A model generated the notes under the pieces. The model was not told the DNA's origin and made no database searches. It saw only the letters and a program-made list of their open reading frames with translations. DNA of 64,000 nucleotides from Tubiluchus corallicola (lineage: Eukaryota; Animalia; Priapulida): contig JAQGDQ010000104.1 in NCBI GenBank assembly GCA_030141605.1, forward strand, positions 62,001 to 126,000, in the 5' to 3' direction. The position numbers and the translations under genes were made by a program. The first letter of the stretch is position 1, and every line of letters starts with the position of its first letter. Shown in pieces: positions 1 through 13,262 of this stretch.

Positions 1-2206
1 AAGCACCTTGATGTTGAATTATAACCCATTTGTTGAAATGCAGAAATTCTATTATGCATGCAATAAGTCAATTTTATGTGCAGTTTCAAATAAAGTGTAT
101 GAATACTTGAAAATTAGTATTTGAGAAAAAATCGTTTGCAAATTTGGAGTAATTTTTGTGTGTATTTGTAACGAGTCTTTTTTTATATTGGTAACATTCT
201 CAGGGATTACTTTTGAAAATAATGCTAAGTTTATTGTTTTAAAAAAATTATACGCATTCTTTCATAAGGTATTACTATAACCAATGACTTTTTTTACTGT
301 TTACTCGTTTTTTATAAGAAGTCCGTGTTATAATGTGTTGGTTTATATCGTCCGTCTGACAAAGGCTTGATGTCTATCACAATTCACAATTTTACAGTTG
401 AAAAACTTCGTATATCAAATTCGAGTAGGAAAAGTAGCAGTTCTTTTCATTTAGAGCAGGTAAATATTGTTGCCTCTTCCGATAAAATGGCCGAACCTTC
501 CTTTTAGTAATGGGAAGGCTGAAATGGCTGCCTATTATTTTTATCGCCCCTTTTTCCTAATCTCTTATAGTTAAGCCGACGATTAAATGTGATCCAGTAA
601 TATCATCAGCAGAGCGTAAAATGTTTGACATTAATAGAACGTTTGCATGACAAGTAGATGTATCTTTATTTTACATAATGTCGCGCGGCTTCCGGTGGCG
701 CCGGAAGTTGATCATTTCTAATGAGTTTTATGGCTGAGATTGCGCGGAGAGATGAAGAGTGCAGCGGGAGACTGAGCTCTCTGAATGAGTAATCAGTCAC
801 GTGGGGAAAGAGGTAAGTCTCTTTGCTGCTGTCACTGCCATGATATCAACGCTTCATTTATTTTACTGTTTTCCGTTTTGTGTTGATTGTCTGGCTGCAT
901 GTAAAAAGAAACAAGAGATTTTAGCGTCTTTTCGAGAAATTCTTGTAGGTCGTTTTTATTTGAATTTTGTAATTGTCCGGCTAGAATAGAAGAGCATAGA
1001 ATTTTATTTTTTACATAGAACACTTTGAATTGTATATTTAATATTTCAATAATGGTCCATGGAATGTTAGTATAATTAAAAATTGACTAAAGTGCTAAAA
1101 CAAACAAATTATAAAATGCATGTACAGTATTTTGTAAAAGTAGATACAGGCTAAAAGCAAAGCTAGATAAAGGTGCTGAATTAGACAGGTTAAAATTCTT
1201 TGTAAAATAATAGTAATAAAAACAAAAATTAAACAAAATTAGGAAAAAAAATGCTAAATTAGATAAATTATAAAACACATTGTAAAATTATAAATAAAGC
1301 AAATCTTCAGTCAGTGAATCGGTGTTTAAGTGTTAAAATTTAATTAAAAAAACATTTCTGACGCAAAAAATACAGAAAACCGCAATTCTAAAACTTAATA
1401 CAGGTATAATTACATTAAAATATGAATTACTTGGTATTATATACATTGTTTAACGTGAATGTTTATAATAGCTGGAGAAATTACCACTGACTATCATCAG
1501 TTAGTGTTTGCCCCTCCTTCCCCTGCATCTCTGTATGGATAAAAAAACACATATCACGATGACATGTAAAAGTCACGAGTATCTTAAAATGGCTTTTGCT
1601 TTTTCACCCATTTAATAACGTAACAGTTTATAAACACTTTTTAACGGAGACAACAAATCAGGTTCGTTATCAAGCTGCCGCGCTTTATTCGCAAATTTAA
1701 ATATTGTAATTTCTGGAAGTTTTGTGATTTTTCAGCCAAATTTAGAACTTTCGGCAAACTACAAGTTTATATAAACAATAAAGTTCAATAAACACAGGAC
1801 TGTGTGGGTTTCGTCAGGTTTCGGTTTTTTGATGTTTGTGATTTTTCCCGATTTCCAAAATAAAGGGGTCTAACGGAACATAAGTGCTCAACACTCGTTA
1901 ATAATGCATAAAATTACGAATTGCTGTTTGAGAATATATCACATTAACCTTGTATATAGTACACAGCATTACCTAGTGTCGCCTTAATTTCCTCACATTT
2001 CCGTAAATCAACAAAGAAAATAGTCGGGGGGGGGGGGTAAGTCTGTAGCAAACGAAACTGCCACAAAGCAGTTTTTTAAGCGAGTACTCATTAATTTACT
2101 GACCCGATTCAGTGTTGTTTTGTTTAACTACTGTTGCTAAGCACGCAAACTTAACCACAAATCGTTGCACGCACATTTATAATCTGCATATTGTGTATTT
2201 GTCGCT

Positions 2207-2298
<92 letters not shown>

Positions 2299-2321
2299 GG
2301 TAAGTAAGTAAGTACCTTGTG

Positions 2322-2380
<59 letters not shown>

Positions 2381-2860
2381 GGTAAGTAAGTAAGTAAGAA
2401 ATTAAGTATACATTTTATTTCGAACTAAAAGTTCATAGAACACACAATACATGTATACATAAAATTTACATAAAAAATAATTTACATAGAACTTATACAA
2501 ATAATAAAACATAAGGGTTAGTGGAAATTCAAAAAATAAAATACAATGATTATTAGAAAATATTCATGAATTATATTAGTTTGTAATGTATAGAGCTTGC
2601 CTCCATCTATTGTGCAATTTAGACAGAATAAAACACCGGGATTTATAATACCATTACATATAAAATTACTGTTGCATTTTTTGACTCTCATCATAAAAGA
2701 ATATGCTTTTTTCTTATTAAAACATCAAAATATACAATATTCAAATCTAAACACATTTGTCAAGCACTACAATCGTGAGGCAGAGAAAATAGCTTTCTTA
2801 TGCATTTATTGTAAGACACTTTAATATCTTTATAACTTTTTCGGAAATGAATTGTGTTTG
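2207..2860 (-). mobile_element. Degenerate 3' end of a non-LTR retrotransposon (RTEX/CR1-group-like) with a (TTAC)n tail
   Basis: Minus-strand translation KVSYNKCIRKLFSLPHDCSA*QMCLDLNIVYFDVLIRKSIF resembles LINE ORF2 C-termini. It is followed by AATAAA (plus TTTATT ~2415) and a long (TAAG)n array at 2207-2398. Confidence 0.55.
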
Positions 2861-5737
2861 TAGGTTCATTTAAAGGTGAAAACCAAGTCCAAATCTTTGA
2901 CGATGAATCTAAGCCTAATATACGTGCATTTATATATGAATCTATTCGTGAAAGCCTATAGTATAAATATTTGATGACTGTCTTTCCTTGGTTCCTTGGT
3001 CCTAGTTGACCATACCAGACTGTCCCATCCAAGCCAATGCCGCCCTTTGATGTAAGTGATGCTTGTGTTAATACAAGACAACAGTTTTGTCCTTTACAAT
3101 GGCTGCAATTCCCTGATAACCCATTCTATACAAATCCGTAATCGACCGTAAAGGGATGACACGGGCGGTACCTGTGATGTCCAGTTGACCGCTCCTACTC
3201 CCAAGGGTGACCAGGAGAGACTGCACCCGCCCGGGACAGACAAAACTATGTTTATTTATAATTAAGCGAGCTAATATAATTCATGTGGCAGCGACGAAAA
3301 TAGATCCGCGGCACCTGCACTTATAAAAGAGCCATAATATGGAAGATACGATAAACATCTTCAATGAAACTCACTCTAGAATTGTTTTTCAAGGATTCCT
3401 GTAAATATAAAAACCAATTCAATAAAATAATTGTTGAATAATATCGTGATTAAGAGCGGTCATTAGTACACAAACATTTTAACGATTGCAAAGAATCGTG
3501 AATAACATATAGACGATCTGAAGGTATGCAACCTCTGCATGGAACAGCTCTAATACACGGGACAGCACAGGTAGTTAACCAAAAGCAGAATGTCCATAAA
3601 ACTGTAAAGCTAGTAGCACCAAAGCCGTTTGTCATCATTAAAAGACAACCTTCCAGCGACTCGTAATGCATAGATAGTGAAAAGTGGTGTCATAAAGCCA
3701 AACGCATATCTCAGTACCTAAGTTGTAAAACTGATAATTATTCGTATGAAATAGAAAAGAATTTGTAAAATACACTAGGCATATAGTAATTACCGAACAT
3801 GATAACCCTACTAGATGTGCTACGTGTTATAATTAAAATACCATTATATTACCATTGTACCTATTTTTGTACATATAAAGTCATTTTACACGGGGCGTCT
3901 AATGTAAGGCATGAGTCCACGCAATGCAAGGCTACAATTATTATTAGAAATCAAAATGATCGATACTAGAATTCTAGACTAGCGGATTACTAACTTGGTA
4001 GTAATAGAGCGTTAGACCCGCCTATTGATGTCGTTGGAGCAAGTGAGATTATACATAGCACGTGAGTAATTTATTGGGAAAACAATTATACAGATAAGAA
4101 GCTCGAAGAAAGATAATGGATTCATTAGCAGCTATTCTGTATGTAAAGGTGTTCAAAGAAAAATTAAGAGAAGCAGTACCAGCAAAGAGAGGCCTATTAA
4201 TGTAGCCAGTCTTAAACTAAAAAAACTGAAAAATATAAAAATTTCAAAAAGCAAGTTTGTGTCTATAGAGCTGGAGCACGCCTTACTAGTTTTAAAACAT
4301 AAAATTGTACGTCATTTTCTTATACAGTGTATCTTGTACCGTAATGTGTATGTTGCTGGTACTAGTCAAAAATAATTATAGCTTTATTTGCTTACCACCT
4401 ACCGTGTGGTGGTAATAAATACGCCACAGTTTACAACCCGCATCCATTAACTATTTTACAGCCTCGTTATATTCAAGTTAGACGAATTTTTCAAGTACCA
4501 ATAGCATTTTAGTAAAGCCATTGTCTAGTCTATTGACGGGAGGGGCAGAAAACATTGCCTTGTGAGAGAACAGGCTGCGTGCTGAAATGGAATGAACTTG
4601 GAATGAAAAATAATTCTCAAATGAAAGAAAAATAAACTCCAGTAACCATTGGGACACTAATAATATTATGCAAAATTGAAGAAAATTGGATATATATATA
4701 TTAAACAGGAATGGAATAGCAAAAAAAACGTGGACCATCAGCATTACGTCGCTTTTTTATATGGTTTGAAGCAAGTAATATAGTTGCAGGACCTCTTCCA
4801 ACAATTTATGCATTGAAAAAAGTGTGATATAAAACTACAAAGCTTAACAGTATTGAGAGTTTCGAGATAGATGAAAAAACACTAGCAAGTAGCAAAAAAG
4901 ACTTATTTCTGATTCGGACAGGACTAGTTTCTGAGAAGTTTTATAAACAGTCTAGTTTAATGCAGACATGTGATTGCGTCAAACGTGACTTTAACTACAA
5001 GTAATTTACGTATAAAATAAAAGTAGAAATTGTAAACGGCTTAAAAGAATGTTACAATAAAAACGTGGAAAATAAGAGCTTCTGTGCTGCTTAAATGTTG
5101 AAAAAAGGGGCTAAGTTAGCACACTAAAAATATCAAGTGGTATGTAGTATTTTATTGAATCGTTTTTAGTAAATTATACCGAATTAGATGAAAGTGAGGA
5201 GCTAAATACACATGTATGTATTGCTCAAACACATTTATATAGCATATCTATACATAACTTTTGTAAGTATCTCGTTTTCATATTAAGTTAAGTTAGATTG
5301 TGTGGCTGTTATGCATTTATGTCAGTTATTGTTGTTTTGTTATGCTATTGTTGGACCCACTAGCCTGTGGTCAAAAAAATTAACTAACTATGTTGTTTTG
5401 TGTTTTTTATTCGTCGTGTAAAAGAATATTTTTTCCTAGTGAAGAGGCGTTTACAATTTTGCATGATGCAGAACGATTTATAGCCTTTGATGAGCCGCTA
5501 ATATCCGCACGACGGCGCCCCTTCTTAGACAGAACCAATTCAGCTCCATCCTTCCCTTCTTCTGGCATATGCCTAACAGATCACGAAATTCTCTTATTAC
5601 ACACAATCACTTAAAGCTGTCTTAACTTGTCTACCCATCTAAACTCGCTGAACATCCATTTATTTTCTTATGGTTGAAGTAATAAAACGCTTTGCAGACG
5701 ACAGCCAGCCCTTCCCACAGTGCTACTGCGAGCTGGC

Positions 5738-5924
5738 TGATTGGTCGAAAACCAGTTTTGCTCCGCCTAGTGGCTAAAACCGATCAGAGTGTTTAGCAGA
5801 TAAGGTGCCCAGATGTCAATAAAACGCGGCGTGGAGTGGTTCATATTTATAAACAAGCAATTTATTGCCTATTATCCGCTATTTGCCTCTGTGCCAATTA
5901 GCTTACGAGCCTTCTGTGACGTCA
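5738..5924 (+). promoter_or_regulatory. MsxA proximal promoter: CCAAT box, two blocks shared with MsxB, CRE palindrome
   Basis: TGATTGGTC 5738-5746; GGTGCCCAGATGTCAATAAA 5804-5823; AACAAGCAATTTATTGCCTATTA 5852-5874; TGACGTCA 5917-5924. The first three elements recur with the same order and spacing upstream of MsxB. Confidence 0.75.
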
Positions 5925-6076
5925 TGCAAAACCAATGCAGGCAGTTAGTAGCATGAGTGTAATAATACAACAACCTAAGAGACACTTGCAGTTGTCAGCA
6001 GAATTCTGTGCTGGTATTATTATGATCAAAACTTGCTGGCGGTAGTTGCAGCGATATTTTATTTTGCTAATTAGTT

Positions 6077-6446
6077 ATGATTCATACAAGTATACAAGAA
6101 AGTTCATCTTCAGCGTTCAGTCGAGTTACTAGTGACTCAACAATGAAAACTTTCTGCTCAGAAACAACGTCTAATCGCCGGGCTGGAACCAGCCGAGGAT
6201 CTCCGACCAACTTTAGCGTGGAATCTTTACTCTCAAAAGACACAAAATCCGACAAATGTGGAAGAGAAGCCTCAAGAAAGTCTTTCTCGGTGGACGGACT
6301 GTTGGGGAAGAAGGAAGACTGCAAAAAAGAAGCTTTGCCTTCACTGGCTACGGTGCCCCATCCTGCCGATGTTAATGTAAACTGGGCTTCTTGCCCTACT
6401 AATTTCTCTTGGATAAACAAGAATGCAATTCTGCCTGCAGGACTTG
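6077..6446 (+). CDS. Msx: Msx homeobox protein paralogue A, coding exon 1
   Basis: ATG at 6077; eh1-like motifs FSVESLL (6212-6232) and FSVDGLL (6284-6304); Trp motif NFSWI; phase-1 donor G|GTAAAT at 6446/6447 splices in frame to 8756. Confidence 0.9.
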
Positions 6447-8742
6447 GTAAATATCTTTAATTACGTTATATTATTACAAAACTACAAAAGAAGATTACTA
6501 TGTATAACTACATATAAAAATGAGTTAGCAAATAAATAAATAAATAAATAACAAGTATGTAAGTTAGTAAATAAATTTGCTACTGTAAATGAACAACTTT
6601 TGGTTAAATTTTTAATATATTTATCTAAACATCGTATATTATATTGGTTTTACTTTTTCTTAAAACGTTGAAGATTTTGAAATAATCTTACATGATAGTT
6701 AAAACTATTATAACTACAATGACAGCTTGATATAATCATATTATGTAGCACAGTAAGTATAACCTGTTTGGTTACGTACACAAAAAATTGTACTCATTTG
6801 GTGTAGTTTAAACTTTATTTATTTAAAGTGAACTTACAATACATATAAAGTCTGATAAAGTATCTTTACGATGCAAGTCCTAAGTGCAAGGTGCTAATAA
6901 AAGAACAATGGGCATTACAACTAATCCAACATTTCATTAGATCAAATAAGAGACTCAAATGCAATTTGGAGAAAATGCACTAAGCTTTTGTACAAGAACA
7001 GTTTACAAATACAAAACATATTAAAAACAACAATTAAGATCACTGCGATGTTTCTAAATCAAAACGTTTGATTTATTTCCGTTTTTGTTTTTCCTTGGAA
7101 CGTCAAACGATATGAACATCCTAGTAATAGGGATTGGTGCGTAGGAATTTTGCGATTATTTAGAATTAGTCAGAACCGTATAATTATAATTAAATCCGAA
7201 TGATAATAAGTACCTATGGGAAGTCACGGTACAGTTAAAAACTAATGTTTTTAAAATAAATATTATTAACTCTTTAAAACGCAAGTAAACATAAGGGAAT
7301 CTCAGTAACTAGGCACAAAGCTGCCCTATTTTTGCATATGCATGCATGGATAGCTGTCCATTAACTTTTTGATGTTATCTAACCCTAATCGCATTTATAA
7401 ATCTATAGTTTATGCTGAAAGCAAATTAACTTGTAAATCTGCAGTGACAACCCAGTTTTGTACATGAACGCTTAAGGTGCATAGTAAATTCCTCATTTTT
7501 AATAATATATTTATAACAGTTTATATTTATATTTATACAATTATTCAATATTATTATTCTATGTATTTTTCTTGTTCCTAAATGTTATTTTTTAAAGAAA
7601 CGCAAAATTGCAACATTTTTCGAATTGGAAATTTTTACATACTCGGCTCAGCAAACGTAAGAAATAGGCCTACCAATGGAAACAATGCGTAGGTCAAAAT
7701 TCCTATGAATGAGTTTGTAAAAATGCTTTAAAAGTGCTTTATCCTGGCTAGGAAACACTGAAGTCGAAAAAAATCTATTCAGATTTCCAATGACACGTCT
7801 TTGTGGCAGTATTTCTAACTGAATCCGTTCAAATTTCTTGTTTAATTACAATATGATCAAGTTGAAAGTATATTAAATTATTATCATATTGTATTGTCTT
7901 TGAGTGACGCAATATTTTTAACATGTAATTACGATGAATATATGTAACCTAATTATTATTATAATATTAAATTATATAAAAAACAAAATTTGTACACCAC
8001 AAAGCAAAAGCTGCGACACTCCCTTATATGTATTTTTATACACTACAGGGGCCTCCATAGATTATAAACATGAATATATGCTACGTGTACTTGTGCCAAA
8101 GTAAATATATACTTTATAAAAAGCCAAAATGGACCTACTTTGTCAGGGTAGTTAATTAGAAAGTCTTAAAACTACGCTACCCGAGTAATTACCTGCGAAA
8201 ATAATTTATCTGTTACAAAGACAATTTCCGTTTGAATTACCAATAATATAACCGAGTGTCCAATGTTTCTGATTTGACTGTACAGAATATGTTGGCTATA
8301 TTATAGTCCACATGCATATTGTGCTGATGAACAAGGCATATTAAATTTTGTAATTCTCACTTATTATTAACCGATTAACTCAAAACAAAAACCTTCAAAT
8401 TGAGTAACTTTGCACTATATTTTCGTGCCGTCCATATTACAGTAATTTCAAATTTTCAAAAGTAATAAATTACCTAACTAAAAATTTCAAGTGCTTGTGT
8501 TGTGCGCATTACAAGTATACTTTGTCCATTTTGTTTGCTAAAGTAGGCTGAACGTACTTTTGCGCAGTGCAGTACTACTTAGCCTACATAAACTTGTGAT
8601 ATTTAAAAAAATGAGTAACTTAAACGTTTCTGCATTTGGCAAAGGCAGAAATCTTTGCATACAAGATTGAACATCGGTGCTATGTTGCACAAAGTCGGTT
8701 TATTGATAATCAGACAACACAACTATTCAGAACATTAATTAA

Positions 8743-9165
<423 letters not shown>

Positions 9166-12100
9166 TCAAAGTCTGTATATATTGTAGTGAATATATAAAG
9201 GAGCAACATTGTTTTCATTTACTGCTAATGACAACGCTGTACATGCCGCCATTTTAAATATAATTGTCTTTACTGTATATATCAATTAATATGAATTCAC
9301 TTTAATTTATAAGCTCCAATATTAAGAAAATGACCTAGATAATGCAATCGGACATTAGATAAGTTATAGACAAACTCGATGCTATAATAAAACTGCAGAA
9401 CAGGTCTCTGTAATGATAAGCCAGTGAAAGATTATTCTACTTCCTATGCGTTAATAGGTATTCTTTCTATGCTTTGTAGTAAGCTATATATACATACATA
9501 AATTGAGTACGATGTATAATAATACGTTATAGGTTGTAATGCTGCTTGTAAGAAGACCAGAAATTATGGATTTCGAATTGATTAGGCATTAAAAAGCGTT
9601 TATAGGCTGCCAAACTTCATCAAAGTTCTTATGCGTTTTGCATTTTGCAAGCAGCAAAACAGTTCTAATTATTTACAGTCACGTATGCATTACCTTGTAA
9701 ATGCATTATACAGTAATTATAAACATCCAAACTTGTAAGTTGACAGCAAATTAATGTTATTGTGATTGAAATTAATTGTTATATCTTACTACCTTAGTTA
9801 TCTGGTTGAATTGGAATGACAAATTAATTTAAGTTGAGAAACGCGTAAAGAATGTTGATTGCCTCGTATACTTCACAGTGACAAGAAATCAATGAACATT
9901 TCAACAACTGACAGAACAGGTTGAATTCCTCGTTCAATTTTATTTATTTCACACATTTAACTTTGATTTATTCGCTTCGTATTTGACAACGTGCCTCTTG
10001 GCATAATTATAAAATGTTTAAGAACAGTAAAACTATAAACGTATATAAACTCGACACTGTAAATAATGACAAACAAACGTTGTAAAAATAAACATTTTCG
10101 TATAAAAATCATTATGTGAATTTGGTATTTTTGTACTAGAAACATATAAGTAAAAATTGATATTAAATTAGTAAGCTTTCTTCGGCTTATAAACAACGGG
10201 TAAAATTGATTTAAAGGTTCAATTCTAGAAAAGGCCGATATTAGGAGTAAGTCATGAAATAGAAAACAACGAAAATACATTTCAAAAACACGTAAGCATA
10301 TAAATAAATAAAGTACAGGAAAATTACGTATAAAGGGGTACCAATTTTTTTCTACGACTGGCAGATATAAAGAGTGAAAGTTATTGGAAACAAAATTTGG
10401 TTCAATTTGACTGGAGATATTTTCGCATCATTCTTTAGTACACCTGTATGCAAAACTGTCACCAAGCGACCAGCATCGGCAGATTGCAGCCCTTAACTTA
10501 ATAAACTCTCATTATAAACCCCTCTCCTCATCCTGATTGTTTAGCTAATGATGGGTTTACCTGCCAGATAATTACAAGAAACAATTACACGGCAAACAAA
10601 ATTACAATAATTACAATCAGCCAATGACAGGGCAGGTGTACAAGCAGAGCGGATACTGATGTTTGACTTAATATCTCACAATTACTTAATCGCTGAAGGC
10701 ATTTTGTATTATAATCAACCTTCCTCTCACTTGTGTTATTGATATTGCACGTATCATTCGTTACTGTCAATTATGTAATACATACGCCATTAAACCCATG
10801 ACTGGCCTTATAATGTACATCCTGGCGTATGATTGTGCCTTTTAAGTAAGCAATTTATTGTCATTATATTATAATATATGAAATTTATGTGGTTTTACGT
10901 ACTACAGCCAAAGAAAATTAGCACAAATAAATGCAACTAATCGTTACATAAGTGCTAATAAACTATATACAGTGATATAGAGAACATTGCAAATTTACTG
11001 AAATTTATTGTTAATAGTTCGAACTGCAACAGGATAGAAAGAATTTAAAGTTCTTGTGGTTTTTGCACTAAGTGAAAGGTACTATGGCCAGAGAGGAGCA
11101 TTTCAAGAAATTATTACCTGGACGACATTCATCAATAACTTTGCGACCCTCGTTTCGTACAAATGTGCCATAAGTTGATATTCAGTTTCTATTATTTTTG
11201 AAGCGGATTTAACAACCCGATCAAAACCATTTAAGTTGTCTTAAAAAGTAGACACGCTGGCGGGCCTTTTTTACATAACAGAGCACGTTAGCTTCCCAGA
11301 GCCCATTTAAGATCTTCCGAAACTTCTACTCCCAGAAATTTGAAATCTCAGGTACCTAATTTCATTTCACTCAGGTTTTTGCGTTTCAGTCTGCCACTGT
11401 CTCGAATTGTTTTATACTACGTCACATTTCTAATAGGCGATATAGTTAATTCTGATTTCTATGACGCGTTTCTCAAAGGCCTCATTATTTTAGTTGTGCT
11501 CCCAAATTCAGAGATAACTTAATGAGTTTTATGAACAGGTCAGTAATATGCAGATCGCCGAAATAAATTTGAAATTGATAACAACTGGATAGGTACGACG
11601 GCGAAAGACAAGGATCGTGAAGTTTTCCATCATATCTACCATTCTGTAGTTTTGCAAAATGTCTGAGGGGAGATGTTAATTTTTCGCATTAGTAGAAGAA
11701 GAGAAAGAGAAACCAGCACTTGAAATGTCTAAATATGAGCCCATTCTCCCAAATTTGTCTTTTTCTGATTTTGGACCAAGGCCAGAAACTTAAACAATTT
11801 CACTCTCAAGAGTGTATTCAAGAGTTTATTCATTTCTACATTGCATCTTACAATTATCATTAAAATACAGATAATTATCCAGTCACGTCAAGATATGAGT
11901 TCGTGAATCTGCAAAAATTTTGGTGAAATCTGTAGGCCGTTATCTCTTAGCCCATTACGAGTTGAGCAGCTGCCAAAACGAACATTGAATGTTGGGTGGC
12001 ATATCAAATAAAAAACATTAAAGGGTCGTGAAGTTCAACACAAGGATATCAACATTTTTTGCAAAGCAAAGCTGATATCTGGCTTATATTCGATATTTAT

Positions 12101-13020
12101 CAATTTGCTATTTGGAATATGCTCCCTTTGATGAGCATTTAAACAGCCACAGTTGTAGGGATTTGATGGGAAGCGTTGGTTTTAAAATTGTATCTATGGT
12201 TACTAAATTGAAAATATTAAACATTTTTTGCTTGATTGCCCTTAATTTGCATGTCGTTTCTAGAGAGGAACTCGACGAACAACTGAGATGCATGCCTATA
12301 CCAAACAAACACACTACCTTTTAATATAAATAACTATGATGCAGATATCAAAAATCTCAATATTTCTTTCTGGTTGTCCTTTACTAGCCGCTTCTGAACT
12401 GAACATCATCGCATTTGACCTGGTTTATCTATTGCTTCATCTAACCGTTTTGATTATCTTAATTAGCACTTGGAATTGTTAAGTTTATTTTGCGGTAAAC
12501 TTGTTGTTTCTTGTCAAACTGGACTCCTGTAAATCTTACAGTCTAAGGCAGCCCGATCAGCCTTTATTTACTGTTTGCCAAAGGCAATTGTTTCGAATAA
12601 ATATGTTTATAAAAATATACTCCTGGAAGTGGCTTATCTGGAGCACTGCTGTCCTAATTGCTGTACATTCCTCTTCCACTAGAAGCAGCAATTACGATAC
12701 AATTCATACAATACACGCGCATTCTGAAGTTTCCTGTATTGAATAAAGCAAGTAGACTTAATCCAAATCAACATTTCATTACCGAGTTGCGAATGAGTTT
12801 ATAAGCAAATGCGTTACTGAAGCTGAGGCTTCGTAGGTACAAAGTTAAATTTCAACAGATCGTATGGGCCGGCTCTTATAAACAATTTAGGGAACAAAGG
12901 ATGAGCAAGCAGCAATTGTTTGTTTTAATACAATAAATACAACGGTCAGCAGTCGTATGTAATACCTGATACCATGATAATTTCGCATGAAAGGCAAGCT
13001 TATAATTACGTAATACTTGA

Positions 13021-13262
13021 AAATTGTAATCAAACAGTTTAATATTACAGTCAATACAACTGTAGCCTTCTCGTCCAAAAAATTTTGTAATTAAACAGTT
13101 TAATATTACAGTCAATACAACTGTAGCCTTCTCGTCCAAAAAAATTTGTAATCAAACAGTTTAATATTACAGTCAATGCAACAGTAGCCTTCTCGTCCAA
13201 AAAATTTTGTAATCAAACAGTTTAATATTACAGTCAATACAACTGTAGCCTTCTCGTCTTAA
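13021..13262. repeat. Minisatellite, ~61-bp unit x4
   Basis: Unit approx. AATTGTAATCAAACAGTTTAATATTACAGTCAATACAACTGTAGCCTTCTCGTCCAAAAA, repeated four times with few changes. Confidence 0.9.

Noticed and set aside
6082-6420. Antisense ORF (and its counterpart 36435..36716) with similar translations at both loci
   Set aside because: It is the reverse complement of Msx exon 1; the similarity is explained by the near-identical sense tracts.
13021-13262. Regular repeats as a possible CRISPR array (also 58816-59047)
   Set aside because: Head-to-tail units without unique spacers, in a eukaryotic context with no cas genes.
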